A DNA stretch of 64,000 nt from Oopsacas minuta. Its lineage: Eukaryota; Animalia; Porifera. The stretch lies in contig JAKMXF010000310.1 of assembly GCA_024704765.1 (NCBI GenBank), positions 682,001-746,000 on the forward strand, in the 5' to 3' direction. Made by a program: the position numbers and the translations under genes. Each line of letters opens with the position of its first letter. Position 1 is the first letter of the stretch. Below are positions 59,732 through 64,000 of the stretch, in pieces. Under the pieces are notes generated by a model, which saw only the letters and a list, made by a program, of their open reading frames with translations, did not search any database and was not told the DNA's origin.

Positions 59732-62361
59732 ATGGCCGAAAATATCTCTACCTCAACTTTTGAAATTAAACACCCACATCCAAGGAAACGAAGAATAGTT
59801 GAGGAGAAATTTGACATTACTGCAACAACCCTCAACATTGGAGGAATTGAAATTTCGAAGACAAATGTTTCGCCAGTAGATATCACAATATCAGAAGAGC
59901 AGTTTGAAGTTGTACCAAGTAAGTTACGTATTGAAAAGGCCCATTTCCATGGAATGTTATACTATTTAACACGACACTACCTAATATACTTTTTTAGGTC
60001 ATCCCAAGAAAGAAGTATACACTGAAATCTTTTCACAAGAAGAGCTAACTATTCCAATACTAGATCAATATGTACATCTGCTTGCTGATAAACAGAAGGC
60101 TTGGCGTTTGCAAGATTGCTCTGTAGTATTCATGTCAGATTTTGAAGTAATCAATGGTATGACACCTATATGTAACTACAGTGACCCTCGCTAATCCGAA
60201 CCTCGAATCAGAACAGAGCCTAATGTTATACAAGTATACGAGCCTTTGGCTCGTCGCTTCGCGATGAAATCGCCGCATTGCGCCTCGGGGTATTCAACGG
60301 ACAAACAACAATTGAGATTAAATAATATAGATTTAATTCAACTGCGAACAAATCCATAATACTATATTACACATCTTGGCAGCATTCCCGATAAATCCGT
60401 AGCTTTTTTCCTTAAGCCACCAAAGAATTTAGCCTAGTTAGGCGAGGTGGTGGCTAAGTTAGCTACCATGTATTCAATTTTATCAAACGCTGCTTGGCAG
60501 CCTTGTAATCATTTGCACACAACATTCGAAAAATGTACTCCCAGATCCTATAGTGTTTCAATTCGTGTTTTCATTTTCTAGGTGAAGTAATATTAACCAA
60601 GAAAAAAGTTTTGATCGAAACTTGTCTGATGAAATGCTTGTCTTGTCATACGAATTCTTGCACACATTATCAAGCATATGAATTGTGTTTGGAATTCCGA
60701 ACCTTAAACAATTCCGAATCCAAATCCCATGCTGGCAGTACTTACTACACATTAGGTGCAAATACAATTTTTTTGCTGAAGAATGGCTATCATTGCCTAT
60801 ATAGGAAAGAAATGAAGTGGTATTGCGACAATTGTAGTAGTATGTGTCAAGAAAAGTTAATTCTACAGGCAATCATGGCAGAATACAATGATCAGTTACC
60901 CGTTCCTCAGAAACCTCTTGATTATTCTACCATATCTAAACAATATCTTCCTTTTAAACTTAGTAAGAACCAGGCCATTATATATAATGGACAGTTAAGA
61001 CGAGGATTATTTCTACCCCCAAATCTTGAACCAGATATTTTGCATTGTGAGCAAGGACATAAATATGTTGCCAAAAGTCTAGTCGTAGCAAAAAAGGGAA
61101 TCATTATATACACAGAAAATGATGTCCTCGATTTAAAAGAACATACAGGTATGTTATTTAATTATATACTACATAGTATATATTTTTATTTGTCGTTTAA
61201 TATTCAAGCTAGCTTATTTACCCAATTTTTAGTGTATACATCCACTTGTGAAGGAAGTTGTAAATGCACCTCTGTGTTTGAAGGAAATAAATATTTACTG
61301 CTGAATGTCAACAATCGCTATTTCATCCACTATGGAGTATTATTTGAATACAGCGAGTTTATGACGATGTCTCGGAATACACTACATGGATACATGAGGT
61401 ATGTATTTTAGATACTTTTTGTCCGTTGGTTATGTACTCAATCGAATACCAAAATAACAAAAGAAATACATATCGATTGAAAGTGATCTATTACGGTCGG
61501 TAGTCATAATTATATAACCAATTAAATCAAATTCATTTTAGAAAGTTGATCTGGTTACTCTTTATTGTATTTAGAGCAAAGAATAATAAATTTGAGAGAA
61601 TGGGAAGGGAACTCACCTTCAGTTATCATATACTACAGCATGGATGGAATGGGTACTTACGTATGTTAGACATTAACTATAAGACAAGCTATATTTGCCC
61701 ATTATGCCAAGAAGCTCCAGAATTCTTAATTATGGATGGTATAACAGTGGGGACAATTAAGGAACTCCCGAATACAGTTGAAGAATACCTGGAAGATCAG
61801 AGGTTATCGTTTGTCCCATTATCAAACAGGGTATTGGTATCTGATCTAAAAACCAGAAAATTGATCAAAAGTTACTATTCATTTGGATTGGGTGAAAGCG
61901 AGTTTCACACCATGATCAATTCTTTAGAGTTTGAAGAAATTACAGAGTACATTATTTACGCTAACAATGTAATTGATGAGGTCAATGTGATTAATCCGAC
62001 TTATCCAAATGCCAAAGCTATTATGGAACTATTCTCCAGATCAGAACCTATTTCTGGCATTTTTCCTGTTTCTATCCTTAGCGAGTGCGAGAATAAAGCT
62101 ATTGCTAGTCTCTCTTGTGGTAACCAAATTGATACATGTCTGCTTTATGAGATTTTTGAAAAAATGCATACTCTAAGGCTATTCCTTAGCTCGTTTGGTG
62201 AAGTTAAAGAACAATGTACTACTGGTACAGGATTCACCCTTCATCCTATTCTTGCTGGTGTTCTAAGGGCTATTCTATCCAAGATTGAATTACTCAATAA
62301 CTATAGAGAAGGACGGAAGGCAGTAGAGGCTTCCCCATCAAATGACACTCTAGATAATTAA
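59732..62361 (+). CDS. KDZ/Zisupton (HMGXB3-related) transposase-like gene, 5 exons, about 621 aa, apparently lacking the C-terminal catalytic half
   Basis: Exons 59732-59918, 59998-60156, 60582-61148, 61233-61398 and 61575-62361 splice in frame. Cys clusters (CLSC..CTH, CDNCSSMC, CEQGH, CEGSCKC) and YICPLCQEAPEFLIMDGITVG, the CxxC..xxDG first catalytic Asp of this family. Confidence 0.75.
60231..60331 (-). mobile_element. Minimal Helitron-like family A element (101 bp) in transposase intron 2
   Basis: On the minus strand: A|TCTATATTATTTAATCTC...ACGAGCCAAAGGCTCGT ATA CTTG|T. Confidence 0.7.
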
Positions 62362-62371
62362 CAAGTATACT

Positions 62372-64000
62372 TTATAGTATCTTTACTAAACTCTTTTTGC
62401 TGTTACAACTTTTACAAATGAACGAGGAAACCTTTTGTGTAATATCCTGTAGGCCAACACATGGTTTGTGAAACCATTGGGTACACACTTGACAATTCAC
62501 CATATTCTTGAAAGCGAACTCGGGTAGACGACAAATACACCAAAGTTCAATTGTATATTCCAACTTCTTATTAACCTTTATCCGTGAACAGAGTCTTTCA
62601 GAAATTGTAGGCAGGGGTGATAATTTTTCAGAAATAATGAAATTACGCAGGTGACGTCTCATATTGCCCTGGTTCCATCTCAATATACTTGGTTCTAAAC
62701 CATTCGCCAACGCGATACTAACTACAATAGCAAAGACACCACAATCTGAAATCCCTCTTTGTTGTTGTAGCTCTTGAACTGTAACTTTTAAATCTTCAGT
62801 CTCGCTTCGATAAAGCAGTGCAAGTTGGATGTCCAGCTCTTCACTTAGACCCCGGATTAATAACGAATCATATACTGATATATTTCCTTCATCGTCAATC
62901 CTAGACACTTTCCAGTGTAGTTTACCATCGTGGTGTATTTGAAAACTATTTAGTGCTGCTCTAACAAATTGGCGATTCTAACAAGATAAAAGACATGCAA
63001 TTTGAAATGCCAATTATTTTCAGGATGATAAAATAAGCAAAATAATAGATTTACCTTAGATAAAATAGTATCCTGGAATCCTTCAATGTCTGGATAATTA
63101 TTCTTTATCAAAACCTAAACATAATGCATTAAGTAACCTGGTAAAAGTTGTTTAGTTGTTTGTCGAAGCGAAGTGCGAACGTAGGTTATAAATGGTATTG
63201 AAATATAATATAATTAAATCATAGAGAGAGCTTACCCCAAAGGCGTTGATAGTCACATCACTAAGAAAGGTTTTGTCATTCGATAGCTCTTTAAGACAGT
63301 CATCCCTTACTTTTTCGTCTAAAATTCTCACAAATGTTACATTTAATGGAATTAAAGCCTTTGCTGCTGATAATCCTGCCATTGAAACTACAGATGTATC
63401 CAAAAGAGACTGAGGGGAAGTAAAGGGTGAGTGATCGGGTTGCTGTTCTGATATGGTATTTGGTGTTGAATGGATCGATTCACCAAGATATAGTGGAGAC
63501 GATGGGCATTTCTCTGGAGAAGTATTTAGAGATATTTCCACATTGGAATTCGGAGAGGAAGGTGAATGATAAGTTGGATTATATATATTCCGTCATCCAA
63601 GTCTGAATCTAAACAATCTTCTTTTGATAAATGTATAGGTGACCTGTCTCTAAAACTATCAGATAGATCTGGAGAAAAGTATTCGCGCATCGATTTGATA
63701 ACAGATAGCAAAGTAGTTCTGCCCATATTCTTTGATTGCTTGAGAAATGGAATTTCCTTGGGCCAAAATATTGGCCGGAGTTCACTTTTCCCCCAAAAAT
63801 TACGCGGTTTTCCTACAATTAAAATATGATATACGTATTACCAAATTATTACTTACTTAAGTATTACATACCAATTTGTTTCAATAGCAGTACATACCCT
63901 GTACCCACGAAATAACAACAAAGGGTGGCTTCCAAAACTAAGGGTAAGAAAAACAAGAAACTTACTGTTCATCTTTTGAGTTCCCCATGATAAAATCTTT
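62372..64000 (-). CDS. NRF1/EWG-like motif + Ulp1/C48-like cysteine protease + PHD finger gene, 5' end outside the window, one frameshift at an (AT)n run near 63585
   Basis: Exons ~63236-63812, 63055-63114 and 62372-62977. Spliced product: GKPRNFWGKSELRPIFWPKEIPF ... FLSDVTINAFG|VLIKNNYPDIEGFQDTILSK|..QIHHDGKLHW..YDSL..QQQRGISDCGVFAI ... WCICRLPE..CQVCTQWFHKPCVG..FICKSC. Confidence 0.82.

Noticed and set aside
59732-60025. Separate small ORFs at 59732, 60611 and 61546
   Set aside because: They are exons of the single spliced transposase-like gene.

Overview
Eukaryotic, AT-rich, gene-compact and transposon-dense animal DNA with GT-AG introns. No rRNA, tRNA or CRISPR was seen. The intron-poor housekeeping genes and NHL expansion resemble a glass sponge such as Oopsacas, which is an inference only. 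Host genes: NCAPD3 (intronless), NMNAT, CCDC152-like, an atypical Rab-like GTPase, DGAT2-like, GAL3ST-like, an orphan 7TM protein, a 9-exon protocadherin-like gene, a GVIN1/VLIG giant GTPase broken by three 1-bp indels, and five NHL-repeat loci in various states of decay. Mobile DNA: an intact DD34D mariner, a TIR/TSD-bounded hAT relic, further hAT, MULE-RING and non-LTR relics, Tigger- and hAT-type MITEs, and modular Helitron-like non-autonomous elements. Top candidate for an undescribed system (59.4-64 kb): a KDZ/Zisupton-type spliced transposase gene lying tail-to-tail with a gene that fuses an NRF1/EWG-like DNA-binding motif, a Ulp1-like protease with an intact triad and a PHD finger. A 22-bp x4 array of TGCGCA (NRF1 half-site) repeats lies upstream of the transposase, suggesting a sequence-targeted anti-silencing or autoregulatory module. 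Other highlights are a circularly permuted, probably GPI-anchored YHYH protein, a bacterial-type V8/GluBL pseudoprotease with a three-fold 56-aa repeat, and a 7-EC protocadherin with a SILK+RVxF PP1-docking pair. All homology calls are from motif recognition and memory, not database searches.
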